Positions 31,638 through 40,271 of a DNA stretch of 64,000 nt are shown here, in pieces. Source of the stretch: an uncultured delta proteobacterium. GTDB lineage: Bacteria > Myxococcota_A > Polyangia > Fen-1088. Within the stretch, counting starts at the first letter, position 1, and every line of letters begins with the position of its first letter. The DNA is taken from the NCBI GenBank assembly GCA_963737265.1, contig CAVTRY010000023.1, positions 64,001 to 128,000 on the forward strand, written 5' to 3'. The notes under the pieces were generated by a model. The model ran no database searches. It had not been told where the DNA came from and was given only the letters and a program-made list of their open reading frames with translations. The position numbers were made by a program, and so were the translations under genes.

Positions 31638-32372
31638 CTAATTCACGTACTTCTTGCCGCTCCGCTTTCGCCCGCCGTCCAGAACCTGAAGGCCGCGGCG
31701 ACGCAGGCGAAGCCAGCGCTTGAGAAATTCCGCCGGACCCACGCCTTTGCCGCCCGAAAGGAAATACGCCAGCGCTACCGCGACCAGGGTGCCGGCCAGT
31801 GAGGGCCAAGCCCCCTGGAGCAGCGCTGAAATCACGGCCATGCCGACCAGGATGCCGGAAAGAACGCGCGCTTCGAGCACGAGCGCGCCAATCACCCGAA
31901 CTTGCGTCCGCCCGTAGAGCACGCCCAAGGCGACAAACAGAGCGAGAACGCCGTCGCCACAGCCCGCGTAGAAGCCCGGGCGGTGCAAGGTCGCGGTCAC
32001 GAACGCGATGGCGGCGTTGGCGGCGAGCCCGCTGGCGAAGAAGACCAGCAAAAAGCGGCGACGGCCAAAGGCACGCTCGATGGTGGCGCCCACGAACCAG
32101 AGGCCGATCAAGTCGAAGACGAAACTCCACCAATCAAGGTGGACAAAGAGCGCCGTCGCTGGCTGCCACAATTCGCCCGACGCGACCAGTGGTCCCAAGG
32201 CCAGATGCTCCGCGATGGGGGCGCGCAAGCCGCTGACCATGACGTAGAAGGCAAAAACGACCGCCTGGACAACCACCAGATTCCGGATGGTGGGCGGTAG
32301 CCGTTCGGCGATGGGGCGCATCCAGGCGGGCGCCGGATTTCGACCAGAGGAGTAACCGGGCATGCTTGCCAT
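31638..32372 (-). CDS. Rhomboid-family membrane protein (probably inactive)
   Basis: GELWQPATALFVH, LWFVGATIERAFGRRRFL; about 6 TM helices. Confidence 0.8.
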   Translation of the reverse strand: MASMPGYSSGRNPAPAWMRPIAERLPPTIRNLVVVQAVVFAFYVMVSGLRAPIAEHLALGPLVASGELWQPATALFVHLDWWSFVFDLIGLWFVGATIERAFGRRRFLLVFFASGLAANAAIAFVTATLHRPGFYAGCGDGVLALFVALGVLYGRTQVRVIGALVLEARVLSGILVGMAVISALLQGAWPSLAGTLVAVALAYFLSGGKGVGPAEFLKRWLRLRRRGLQVLDGGRKRSGKKYVN

Positions 32373-32423
32373 AGGCTAGCACCAATGCGGCCATCGTGAG
32401 GATAGCCGATCGGAGTTCCATGG

Positions 32424-32906
32424 CTATTTCGTACACACTTTGGTGCTGTCCGAGCCGCCGCAGTCGGCCGCGCAGTCCGCATGCACGATCATGGCGTCGA
32501 GCTGGGCGACCCGACCCCTGACCACGTCGCGCACCTCGATATCGGCGCCGCCTCCGGCGCTGCACGTTCCGGCCTCGCCGCTGGTCAGGTCGTTGCCGTC
32601 GGCGCCGACGGGCACGAGCGAGATGGAATAGGTTCCCGGAGGAATCTCGAAGCGCGTGGCTCCGCTCTGCTTGTTGCACGAAAAGGCGCAAGTTGCGCGG
32701 CCTTCGCAAGGATCGGCCCCGCCCGCAGTCGGTTCAAGCTTCAAGCGAACCTCGGCCACGGGAGGGCAGGTGCAGTCGCAGTTCGCGATGACCCGTCCGA
32801 TACCGTCGTTGGTCGCCACGATCCAGCTCGCCTCGACGGCGCCACCGTCGATGGTCGTGCAGCCGGGGCTCGCAAAAAGAAGCGCAATCAGTGCGACTCG
32901 ATTCAT
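32424..32906 (-). CDS. Cys-rich lipoprotein
   Basis: Signal ending in ASPGC; about 10 further Cys. Confidence 0.65.
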   Translation of the reverse strand: MNRVALIALLFASPGCTTIDGGAVEASWIVATNDGIGRVIANCDCTCPPVAEVRLKLEPTAGGADPCEGRATCAFSCNKQSGATRFEIPPGTYSISLVPVGADGNDLTSGEAGTCSAGGGADIEVRDVVRGRVAQLDAMIVHADCAADCGGSDSTKVCTK

Positions 32907-33004
32907 AAAATCGAGGTTAGATTAGCAGGATTCCTGGCCAGGCAACCCGCCGAATCCAGGTCGAGAGCTCATCGAACGAATGTCGAGACAGAAGGAGACC
33001 CCCA

Positions 33005-33724
33005 ATGATTCACGTCCTTTTGCAAGCGGGCGGCGCGGGAGACAAGCTGGACATTGTTTCCTTGATTACCCACGCCGGCGCGGTTCCCAAGGCCGTGCTG
33101 GGCCTGCTGGCGCTGATGTCGCTCATTTCCTGGTATGTGATTGGCTCGAAATGGCTGTACCTGGCCCGCGCCTACCGCCGGTCGATCCATTTCGTCGAGA
33201 AATTCTGGGACAGCAGCCTCGACGAGATGTGGAAGCAGGCCGACGCGTCGCCGCCCTCTCCCGTCAGCGAGGTTTTCCGCGCCGGCTACCTGGAGCTTGT
33301 CAAATTGCGCAAACGGCGCGCCCAGGCCGCCACCGAAGGCAAGGCCGAGGAGAGCGGTCTCGGTGACATCGAAAGCGTCGAGCGCGCGCTGTCGCGTGCC
33401 CGCACCATGGCCATCACCGAAATGGAAAACAAGGTGCCGTTCCTCGCCACCACCGCCAGCGCCGCGCCGTTCATCGGCCTGTTTGGCACGGTGTGGGGAA
33501 TCATGAATTCGTTCCGCAACATCGGCGCCAAGGGCGCGGCCAACCTGGCCACCGTGGCACCTGGCATCGCCGAAGCCCTGGTGGCGACCGCCATCGGCCT
33601 GGTTGCCGCCATCCCCGCCGTCATGGGCTACAATTACCTGTCGCGAAAAATCCGCGTGATTTCGGCTGAGATGGAGACCTTCACCAACGACTTCCTCAAC
33701 ATCATCCGGAGGAGGTTCTTTTAG
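33005..33724 (+). CDS. tolQ: TolQ (MotA/TolQ/ExbB)
   Basis: APFIGLFGTVWGIM..VAPGIAEALVATAIGL..AIPA. Confidence 0.92.
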   Translation: MIHVLLQAGGAGDKLDIVSLITHAGAVPKAVLGLLALMSLISWYVIGSKWLYLARAYRRSIHFVEKFWDSSLDEMWKQADASPPSPVSEVFRAGYLELVKLRKRRAQAATEGKAEESGLGDIESVERALSRARTMAITEMENKVPFLATTASAAPFIGLFGTVWGIMNSFRNIGAKGAANLATVAPGIAEALVATAIGLVAAIPAVMGYNYLSRKIRVISAEMETFTNDFLNIIRRRFF

Positions 33725-33726
33725 CC

Positions 33727-34140
33727 ATGGCCATGGGTACAGGTGGCGGTCGGGAAACCGGGACGCTTTCCGAGATCAATGTCACGCCGCTTGTCGACGT
33801 GATGTTGGTGTTGCTCATCGTCTTCATGGTCACGGCGCCCATCATGCAAACCGGCGTGGACGTGACCCTGCCCGAGGCAAAGGCCCAGACCGTTCCCGAC
33901 GAGAGCGGCAAGCTCATCGTCACCATGACCAAGGACAAGCGGGTCTTCATCGGCCGCATGGAAATCCCGTTCGCCGATGTGGAGACCAAGTTGCGCGCCA
34001 ACGCCAAGCTGCAGGCCGACCATGAGGCGTACCTGCATGCCGACACCAACCTGTCCTACGGCGACGTGGTCAAGGTCATGGCGGCGATCAAGCTGGCGGG
34101 CGGCGATAAAATGGGACTCATCACCGATCCCATGGAGTAA
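33727..34140 (+). CDS. tolR: TolR (ExbD/TolR)
   Basis: SEINVTPLVDVMLVLLIVFMVTAP. Confidence 0.92.
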   Translation: MAMGTGGGRETGTLSEINVTPLVDVMLVLLIVFMVTAPIMQTGVDVTLPEAKAQTVPDESGKLIVTMTKDKRVFIGRMEIPFADVETKLRANAKLQADHEAYLHADTNLSYGDVVKVMAAIKLAGGDKMGLITDPME

Positions 34141-34142
34141 TT

Positions 34143-34868
34143 GTGAGCGCCGCGATTCAAAGCCGCATTCGTCCGCTTGGCCGTGGCAGCTCGCTCGGAG
34201 GCATCGCCGCGACGGTGCTGATTCACGTCAGCCTGGTGGCTCTCATCTACTTCGCGCACATCAAGTCGCCGCCACCCCTCGAAGCTCCGCGCGACATGAT
34301 CGTGACCACTCTGGTTGCGTTCGGAAAACCGCGCGACAAGTTCTGGCTGCCGCGCATCGTGCAGCCGCCGCGACCCAAGGCACCCGCACCCACCCTGAAT
34401 CTCACCGACGATCCCAATGCGGCCCCGGCGCCCAAGGAGGCGCCCAAGATCGACGACGCCGACATTTCCAAGGACATGCGCCGCGCCCTCAAACGCGCCC
34501 AACTTTTGGCCCAGGCCACCGAGGAGCCGGCCGAAGGAGCGCTTACCGGATCCACTGAAGGCACCTCCACCCAGGGCGTGAGCGGCGACGCGTACGCGAC
34601 CGCCATCTTCACCGCGATTCGCAGCAACTGGGTGACGCCCACCGGCCTCATCACCGACTCCGAGCTGGCCGAGCTTGTGGCGAAAGTCCGCCTGACCATC
34701 GGCGAGGACGGTACCCTGTCCAATCCCATCGTGCAGAAGTCGTCGGGAAACCAGTACTTCGATGACTCGTGCATCCAGGCGGTGAAAGCCACGGGCAAGG
34801 TCCCGCCACCACCCGCCAAATTCAAGCATATCGTTCTAACGTTTGAAGGTAGCAAGCTGGCGCGATAG
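34143..34868 (+). CDS. tolA: TolA/TonB C-terminal domain protein
   Basis: N-terminal TM with His, Pro-rich linker, SSGNQYFDDS..AV TonB_2-like domain; located between tolR and tolB. Confidence 0.75.
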   Translation: MSAAIQSRIRPLGRGSSLGGIAATVLIHVSLVALIYFAHIKSPPPLEAPRDMIVTTLVAFGKPRDKFWLPRIVQPPRPKAPAPTLNLTDDPNAAPAPKEAPKIDDADISKDMRRALKRAQLLAQATEEPAEGALTGSTEGTSTQGVSGDAYATAIFTAIRSNWVTPTGLITDSELAELVAKVRLTIGEDGTLSNPIVQKSSGNQYFDDSCIQAVKATGKVPPPPAKFKHIVLTFEGSKLAR

Positions 34869-34912
34869 ACAGGGACATGACCCGCCACCCACATGGTCAA
34901 GAAGGATCGGGA

Positions 34913-36223
34913 ATGAAGAAGCACGTACTCTCGGCTGGAATTCTGCTCGCGGTGGTCGCGGCACCCGGGCTCGCGCAAGCCGCGGATCAATCCGCGGAGG
35001 TGGAAGATCTCCCGCAGATCACCATCACCGATCCCAACCGCGACCTGTTTCGGCTTGGCCTTCCCAACGCCATTGGCGATGCGGACCTCGCCGGCACGGC
35101 AGTCGAAGTCGAGCGACGCGATCTGGATCTGGTCGGTCTCTTCCGCGTGCTCGATCCGGCCTCGTTTCCCGACTCGCTGGTGAATGAGGGCTTAGGCTTC
35201 TCGTCGGATCTGTGGTCGCAGATGGGCGCGCAAGGCGTGGCCAAGCTGCGCACCACCCACGACAGCGCCGGCGTGGTCGTGGAAGGACGCCTGTACCAAG
35301 TCGGCCGCGGCGATGCGGCGGTGCTGACCAAAACCTATCGCGGGTCCGAGTTGCGACCGCTGGTGCACATGTGGGCCAACGACGTCATCGCCCAATTCAC
35401 CGGCACGCGCGGCGTGTTCGGTTCGCGCATCGCCTTCGCCATGACCGGCAAGAATCCCGAAATCGCCACCATCGGGATGGACGGTCAAGAGCTGAAGGTA
35501 GTCACGCAAATGAAATCGGCGTGCCTCTTGCCAGCCTTCTCGCCGACCGGCGGCCAGATCGCGTTCAATTCCTTCCTGCGTGGAGGCGCCGATCTTTGGT
35601 TGGTTTCCGCCAGCGGCGGTCGGGCGCGCCGCATTTCCAGCCTGCCCGGACTCAACACCGGGCCGGCATGGTTTCCCGGCGGCAGCACGCTGGTCGCCAC
35701 GCTTTCCTACGAAGGCAACGCCGAGCTCTACAAGCTTTCGGCGGCGGACGGCCGCGTGATAGCTCGCCTGACCAATGCGCCCGCCATCGACAGCTCGGCC
35801 TCGGTTTCTCCCGGTGGCGACCAAATCGCCTTCGTGTCCGACCGTCAGGGCACGCCGCAAATCTACGTCATGCCGTCGTCCGGCGGCTCGGCCCGTCGGC
35901 TCACCTACCAAGGCAACTACAACCAGACGCCGCATTTCTGTCCGCGCAAGGACACGCCTGTCATTGCCTTCACCGGCCGCGACGAGCGCCTGAATTTCGA
36001 CGTCTTTTTGTATGACTTGCGCAGTGGAAAAATCGACCGCGTAACCCAGGGGAAGGGTTCGAATTCCGATCCGTCTTGGTCGCCCGACGGCCGATTGCTC
36101 GTCTATGCCTCGAGCCGCGGCGGCCTGTTCGTCATGAACCTGCAAACCCGGCGCGAGTTCCAGATTTACAAAGGCGGTGCCAAGAACCCGTCGTGGGGCC
36201 CGCCGCCCGCCGAATCGAGGTAG
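34913..36223 (+). CDS. tolB: TolB beta-propeller protein
   Basis: Signal peptide, PD40 repeats (PAFSPTG, SPGGDQIAFVSDR.G.PQIY, PSWSPDG). Confidence 0.9.
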   Translation: MKKHVLSAGILLAVVAAPGLAQAADQSAEVEDLPQITITDPNRDLFRLGLPNAIGDADLAGTAVEVERRDLDLVGLFRVLDPASFPDSLVNEGLGFSSDLWSQMGAQGVAKLRTTHDSAGVVVEGRLYQVGRGDAAVLTKTYRGSELRPLVHMWANDVIAQFTGTRGVFGSRIAFAMTGKNPEIATIGMDGQELKVVTQMKSACLLPAFSPTGGQIAFNSFLRGGADLWLVSASGGRARRISSLPGLNTGPAWFPGGSTLVATLSYEGNAELYKLSAADGRVIARLTNAPAIDSSASVSPGGDQIAFVSDRQGTPQIYVMPSSGGSARRLTYQGNYNQTPHFCPRKDTPVIAFTGRDERLNFDVFLYDLRSGKIDRVTQGKGSNSDPSWSPDGRLLVYASSRGGLFVMNLQTRREFQIYKGGAKNPSWGPPPAESR

Positions 36224-36226
36224 GCC

Positions 36227-37165
36227 GTGCGCCTCGCCACCATCGACATCGGAACCAACACCACGTTGCTGCTTGTCGCCGAAATCGGCGACGGCCTCAC
36301 GGACTATGTCCGCGTGCTGTGCGAACGCGCCGAAATCACGCGCCTCGGTCGCGGTATCGGCGCCGACGGCGGACTCGGCCAGCAGGGCATCGACCGCACG
36401 CTTGCCGTGCTCGCCGAATATGCATCGCTCGCACGCGCGCACGACTCCACCATCCACGCCATCGGCACCGAAGCCTTGCGACGCGCGCCCAATGCCCAGG
36501 CCTTTCTCACGCCGGCCGGCAAGATTCTCGACACACCTGTTGAAGTCATCGATGGCGATCGCGAGGCCGCGCTCACCTTTCTCGCCGCCCTACGCTCGTT
36601 TCCGGAGGTTGCCTCCGGCCACACGATCGTCATCGACATCGGCGGCGGCTCCACGGAGATCATCGTCGCGCGCGCGGGCCGCATGGAATTTCGCCGCAGT
36701 CTTCCCTTGGGCTCGGTTCGCCTGACGGAAAAACATATTCGCAGCGACCCGGCCACCAATGCCGAAATCGACGCAGTCACGGGCGAGGTGGCAGCGCAGC
36801 TCGCGAACATTCCCTTCCCTGGCGGCCCGCTTTCGCTCATCGGAACCGCCGGCACCGTGACGACGCTCGCCGCCATGTCGCTTGGACTCGCGAGCTACGA
36901 TGCCCAGCTCGTTCACGGCCATCGCCTGACGCTACCCGCTCTCGACGAGCAGATGTCCCGTTTGCGAACATCGACGCAAGTCGAACGCGAGAAGATGCCG
37001 GGCCTGGATGCCAAGCGCGCCGACGTGATCCTGGCCGGTGCTTGCATCCTGAAAAACATCGCCGGGCGTGCGCGCGTTGCGGAAATCCTGGTAAGCGACC
37101 GCGGCATTCGCTGGGGACTTTTGTTCGAGAAGGCAGCCATTGGCGCAACACCCGCCAAAACTTAG
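36227..37165 (+). CDS. ppx: Ppx/GppA exopolyphosphatase
   Basis: IDIGTNT, TEALRRAPN, IDGDREA, DIGGGSTE, RADVILAG. Confidence 0.9.
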   Translation: MRLATIDIGTNTTLLLVAEIGDGLTDYVRVLCERAEITRLGRGIGADGGLGQQGIDRTLAVLAEYASLARAHDSTIHAIGTEALRRAPNAQAFLTPAGKILDTPVEVIDGDREAALTFLAALRSFPEVASGHTIVIDIGGGSTEIIVARAGRMEFRRSLPLGSVRLTEKHIRSDPATNAEIDAVTGEVAAQLANIPFPGGPLSLIGTAGTVTTLAAMSLGLASYDAQLVHGHRLTLPALDEQMSRLRTSTQVEREKMPGLDAKRADVILAGACILKNIAGRARVAEILVSDRGIRWGLLFEKAAIGATPAKT

Positions 37166-37227
37166 GTTCCGGGCCCTGTTCCTGCCGGGACCTTGCGAGC
37201 AGGAGCTTCTGCCGATAGCCTTACCGC

Positions 37228-37890
37228 GTGCCAGTCGTGCCCCAAAACTTTCACCTTGTCCTTGTCGGCGCGGTCTTGATGCTCGCGGCCTCCGCGTGCA
37301 AACCGCGCATCCAAGCCATCGACACGCCTTTTGCCGACAATTTCGAGCGCATCGAGGTCGGTCCAGATTGGCTCGACACGAGCGGCGGCGCGAAAATCAA
37401 GGACGGCAAGCTCAACCTCGTGCGCGCCTACAACCACCCAGTGTGGCTGCGTCGAAAGTTGCCCCGCAACGTGCAGATCGACTTCGACGCGGTCTCGAGG
37501 AGCCCGGCCGGCGATCTGAAGGTCGAGCTCTTCGGCGACGGAGAATCCTTCGATCCCGACAAGGGACGCTACGATCCCACGAGTTACATGATCATCATGG
37601 GCGGCTGGAACAACAGCAAGAGCATCATCAGCCGACTCGGCGAGCACGACGAAGCGGTCAAGGCCGCGCGCGATCGCCAAGGCGCCCAGCCCCTGGTTGA
37701 GCTCGGCCGAACCTATCACTTCACCATCACGCGTCGGGGGGGGCTCATCGACTGGAAGGTCGACAACCTCCCCTATCTCGCCTGGGACGACCCGCAACCC
37801 CTGGCAGGTTCTGGGCACGAGTTCTTCGCCATCAACGACTGGGACGCCGACGTCAGCTTCGACAACTTGTCCATTCGGCGCGCGGAATAG
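37228..37890 (+). CDS. Lipoprotein with ConA/LamG-like beta-sandwich
   Basis: Lipobox ASAC; FADNFER, GDLKVE, GGWNNSKS, FDNLSI. Confidence 0.65.
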   Translation: MPVVPQNFHLVLVGAVLMLAASACKPRIQAIDTPFADNFERIEVGPDWLDTSGGAKIKDGKLNLVRAYNHPVWLRRKLPRNVQIDFDAVSRSPAGDLKVELFGDGESFDPDKGRYDPTSYMIIMGGWNNSKSIISRLGEHDEAVKAARDRQGAQPLVELGRTYHFTITRRGGLIDWKVDNLPYLAWDDPQPLAGSGHEFFAINDWDADVSFDNLSIRRAE

Positions 37891-37892
37891 CC

Positions 37893-39008
37893 ATGAAACA
37901 TCGAAAAAATCAGCCCTCAGAGGAATTCGCCTCCTCCAACAGCGGGCTGTTCACGCCCGAACCACGCACCGGCGCTCAATCCGATCTCGGGATTGCCGAT
38001 TTCAACCTGGGCAAGGGCATCGAGCTATTGCGAGGACGCAGCAACCTGCTCATCTACATGCACGACAATCCCGATCCCGATGCGATGGCCGCGGCGATGG
38101 GACTCAAACACCTCGTCGAGAACACCACCGAGATCAATGCCACGCTGGCCTTGGGCGGAATCGTCGGCCGCGCCGAAAACCGCGCCATGGTCGACAAACT
38201 GAAGGTGCCTCTCATCCCGGCCGAAGTGCTCAACACCGACCACTTCGACACCATCGCCGTGGTCGACAGCCAGCCCGGCACCGGCAACAACTCGCTCCCG
38301 TCCACGCGCTCTGTCGACATCGTCATCGATCACCACCCCGCGCGCGAGGAGAGCGTCCGCGCGCCCTGGTGTGACATCCGCCCGCAGCTCGGTGCGACCT
38401 CGACCATCGTGTTGCAGTACCTGCGCGAACAGAACATTCCGCTCAACACCAGCTTGGCCACGGCTCTCTTTTACGCCATCCGCTCTGAAACTCGCGACCT
38501 CGGCCGTGAAGCCACGCCGGCCGAGCGCGACGCCTATTTGTTCCTCATTCCCATGGTGGACCACCACCTCATGTTCCGCATCCAGCAACCCAAGGTTCCG
38601 CGCGAATACTACGGCGCCCTCGACCGAGCCCTGCGTTCGGCAGAAGCCTGGGGCGACATCATCACCGTCAATCTTGGTATCATGGCCTATCCTGACCTCG
38701 TGGCAGAAGTCGCGGATCTCCTGCTCGACTACGAAGGAGCGCAGTTCGTGCTGTGCTGCGGTCGCTTCGGCAAGCAGGTCTACGTTTCCCTGCGCACAGA
38801 ACCCAGCCAGCGACGCGCGGGCGCGCTCATGCGCCAGCTCATCGGTACCGACGGCGCCGCGGGCGGACACGGCACCACCGCTGGCGGCCGGCTCTTTCTG
38901 CCCGTCACCTCCGACGCCGACCAGCAGAAGACCTTCGAGAATCTCGTCTACCGTCTGCTCGACCTCACCGGCCGCGTCGGATCGCCCCGCATGGCGCTGA
39001 TCGGATAG
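37893..39008 (+). CDS. DHH-family phosphoesterase
   Basis: HDNPDPDA, VVD, IDHH, AGGH. Confidence 0.9.
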   Translation: MKHRKNQPSEEFASSNSGLFTPEPRTGAQSDLGIADFNLGKGIELLRGRSNLLIYMHDNPDPDAMAAAMGLKHLVENTTEINATLALGGIVGRAENRAMVDKLKVPLIPAEVLNTDHFDTIAVVDSQPGTGNNSLPSTRSVDIVIDHHPAREESVRAPWCDIRPQLGATSTIVLQYLREQNIPLNTSLATALFYAIRSETRDLGREATPAERDAYLFLIPMVDHHLMFRIQQPKVPREYYGALDRALRSAEAWGDIITVNLGIMAYPDLVAEVADLLLDYEGAQFVLCCGRFGKQVYVSLRTEPSQRRAGALMRQLIGTDGAAGGHGTTAGGRLFLPVTSDADQQKTFENLVYRLLDLTGRVGSPRMALIG

Positions 39009-39126
39009 TGTGGAAGCCGCCGACCGGCAACGTTCTCCACGGCACACCTGTTGACTTCGCCCGTGCTCTGAGCAAGATTCTCGCCTCCCAAGCATCCTTG
39101 GATGCTGGCTTCCAAAACTGAATAGC

Positions 39127-39207
39127 GCCGGAGTGGCGGAATGGCAAACGCAGCGGATTCAAAATCCGCCGTCGCAAGGCTTGTGGGTTCGACTCCCACC
39201 TCCGGTA
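39127..39207 (+). tRNA. tRNA-Leu(CAA), CCA not encoded
   Basis: GCCGGAG acceptor, anticodon arm GCGGA-TTCAAAA-TCCGC, variable arm, GGTTCGACTCC T-arm. Confidence 0.95.
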
Positions 39208-39301
39208 CAGCTGCATGGCCTTCGCAGTGCTCGTGTTTGCAATCGGGCTCGGGGTTGCTGATGAGCCGGTGCCGAGGCCCGTGCAAATCCGCAGGCCACC
39301 G

Positions 39302-39880
39302 GGGTGCCTCCCTGAAACGGGGGCCCCAGCCGGGGGCTCGGTGAGGTAGCAACTTCTGGCGGAGTGCCGCCGAAAACGCAGATATGGAACAGCGAGGAAC
39401 GGAGAAACAGAGACAGGATGACTTTACTGGGCAAATTATCGCCGCCTGCATCGAAGTCCACCGTCACCTCGGTCCCGGGCTGCTTGAGTCGGCCTACGAG
39501 CACTGCCTGGCGCGCGAGCTAGGCCTGCGTGGATTTCGCACGCAACGTCAGGTCGCGATTCCTCTGCAGTACAAAGGCATTGACCTCGACTGCGGCTATC
39601 GCCTCGACCTCATGGTGGAAGGCCGTTTGGTCGTCGAAGTCAAGACGGTAGAGCAGTTGCTTCCTGTCCCACTTGGCACAGTCATTACCTATCTCAAGCT
39701 CCTACGACTGCCGGTGGGCCTGCTCGTCAATTTCCACGTCCCCGTACTTCGCGAGGGTCTCCGCCGCCTCGTCAACCCAACCCGTGATTCCTCTGGTCCT
39801 CCGTTCCTCCCTGTTTTTCCCTCCGATCCCACCTGCGCGGGGCGAGGTGAAGCCCCAGCCCCCATTTCAGGGAAGCACCC
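39302..39880. mobile_element. Transposase-free 579-bp element (MITE-like) carrying a GxxExxY gene
   Basis: 23-bp inverted repeats at 39302-39324 and 39858-39880 (21/23 match), flanked exactly by direct repeat AGGCCACCG at 39293-39301 and 39881-39889. Confidence 0.75.
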
Positions 39881-40244
39881 AGGCCACCGGACTCTGTTGA
39901 CTGGAGGTTGTCGACGCGCCGATACTCGCAGGCCGATGAAGAAGGAGCTAGAAACAAGCCGCCTCTGCGTTGTGCTGCTTGTTGCGAGCACGAGTGGAAC
40001 GGCATGCTTTCGCACTTCCCTCGGAGACTCGCGCGGTCTCACGCCGGATGGCAGCGCTGAGCACCTCGATACTCCGATTCTGATGCGCGTGGGCGACGAC
40101 TCCTCTGGCCGGGCTTCGCCGCCGGCGGGCACCTTCACATCCGTTAGCGCAGGCTATTTGTTTGCCTGCGGGTTGCGCACCGACGGCACCATCGCCTGCT
40201 GGGGCGACAACTCCTTTGCCGAGGCTGCGCCGCCAGCGCCATGA
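39384..40244 (+). CDS. GxxExxY protein (PD-(D/E)XK-like nuclease; domain ends near 39780, frame reads through into downstream relic)
   Basis: IIAACIEVHRHLGPGLLESAYE, YRLDLMVE, VVEVK, GLLVNF. Confidence 0.85.
   Translation: MEQRGTEKQRQDDFTGQIIAACIEVHRHLGPGLLESAYEHCLARELGLRGFRTQRQVAIPLQYKGIDLDCGYRLDLMVEGRLVVEVKTVEQLLPVPLGTVITYLKLLRLPVGLLVNFHVPVLREGLRRLVNPTRDSSGPPFLPVFPSDPTCAGRGEAPAPISGKHPGHRTLLTGGCRRADTRRPMKKELETSRLCVVLLVASTSGTACFRTSLGDSRGLTPDGSAEHLDTPILMRVGDDSSGRASPPAGTFTSVSAGYLFACGLRTDGTIACWGDNSFAEAAPPAP
39936..40244 (+). pseudogene. Remnant of an RCC1-repeat lipoprotein (signal plus a single repeat)
   Basis: MKKELETSRLCVVLLVASTSGTAC..PPAGTFTSVSAGYLFACGLRTDGTIACWGDN. Confidence 0.55.
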
Positions 40245-40271
40245 AGACGTCCCACTCGCGGAGGATACTGT

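Noticed and set aside
39255-39353. Hammerhead ribozyme or riboswitch (CTGATGAG...GAAAC) after tRNA-Leu
   Set aside because: The GAAAC is not positioned after a closed stem II and belongs to the element's left TIR; no riboswitch consensus recognised.
39384-40244. GxxExxY-RCC1 fusion as a genuine novel protein
   Set aside because: The linker is translated repeat, TIR and TSD sequence, and the distal part has its own ATG and signal peptide. It is best explained as accidental read-through after insertion.
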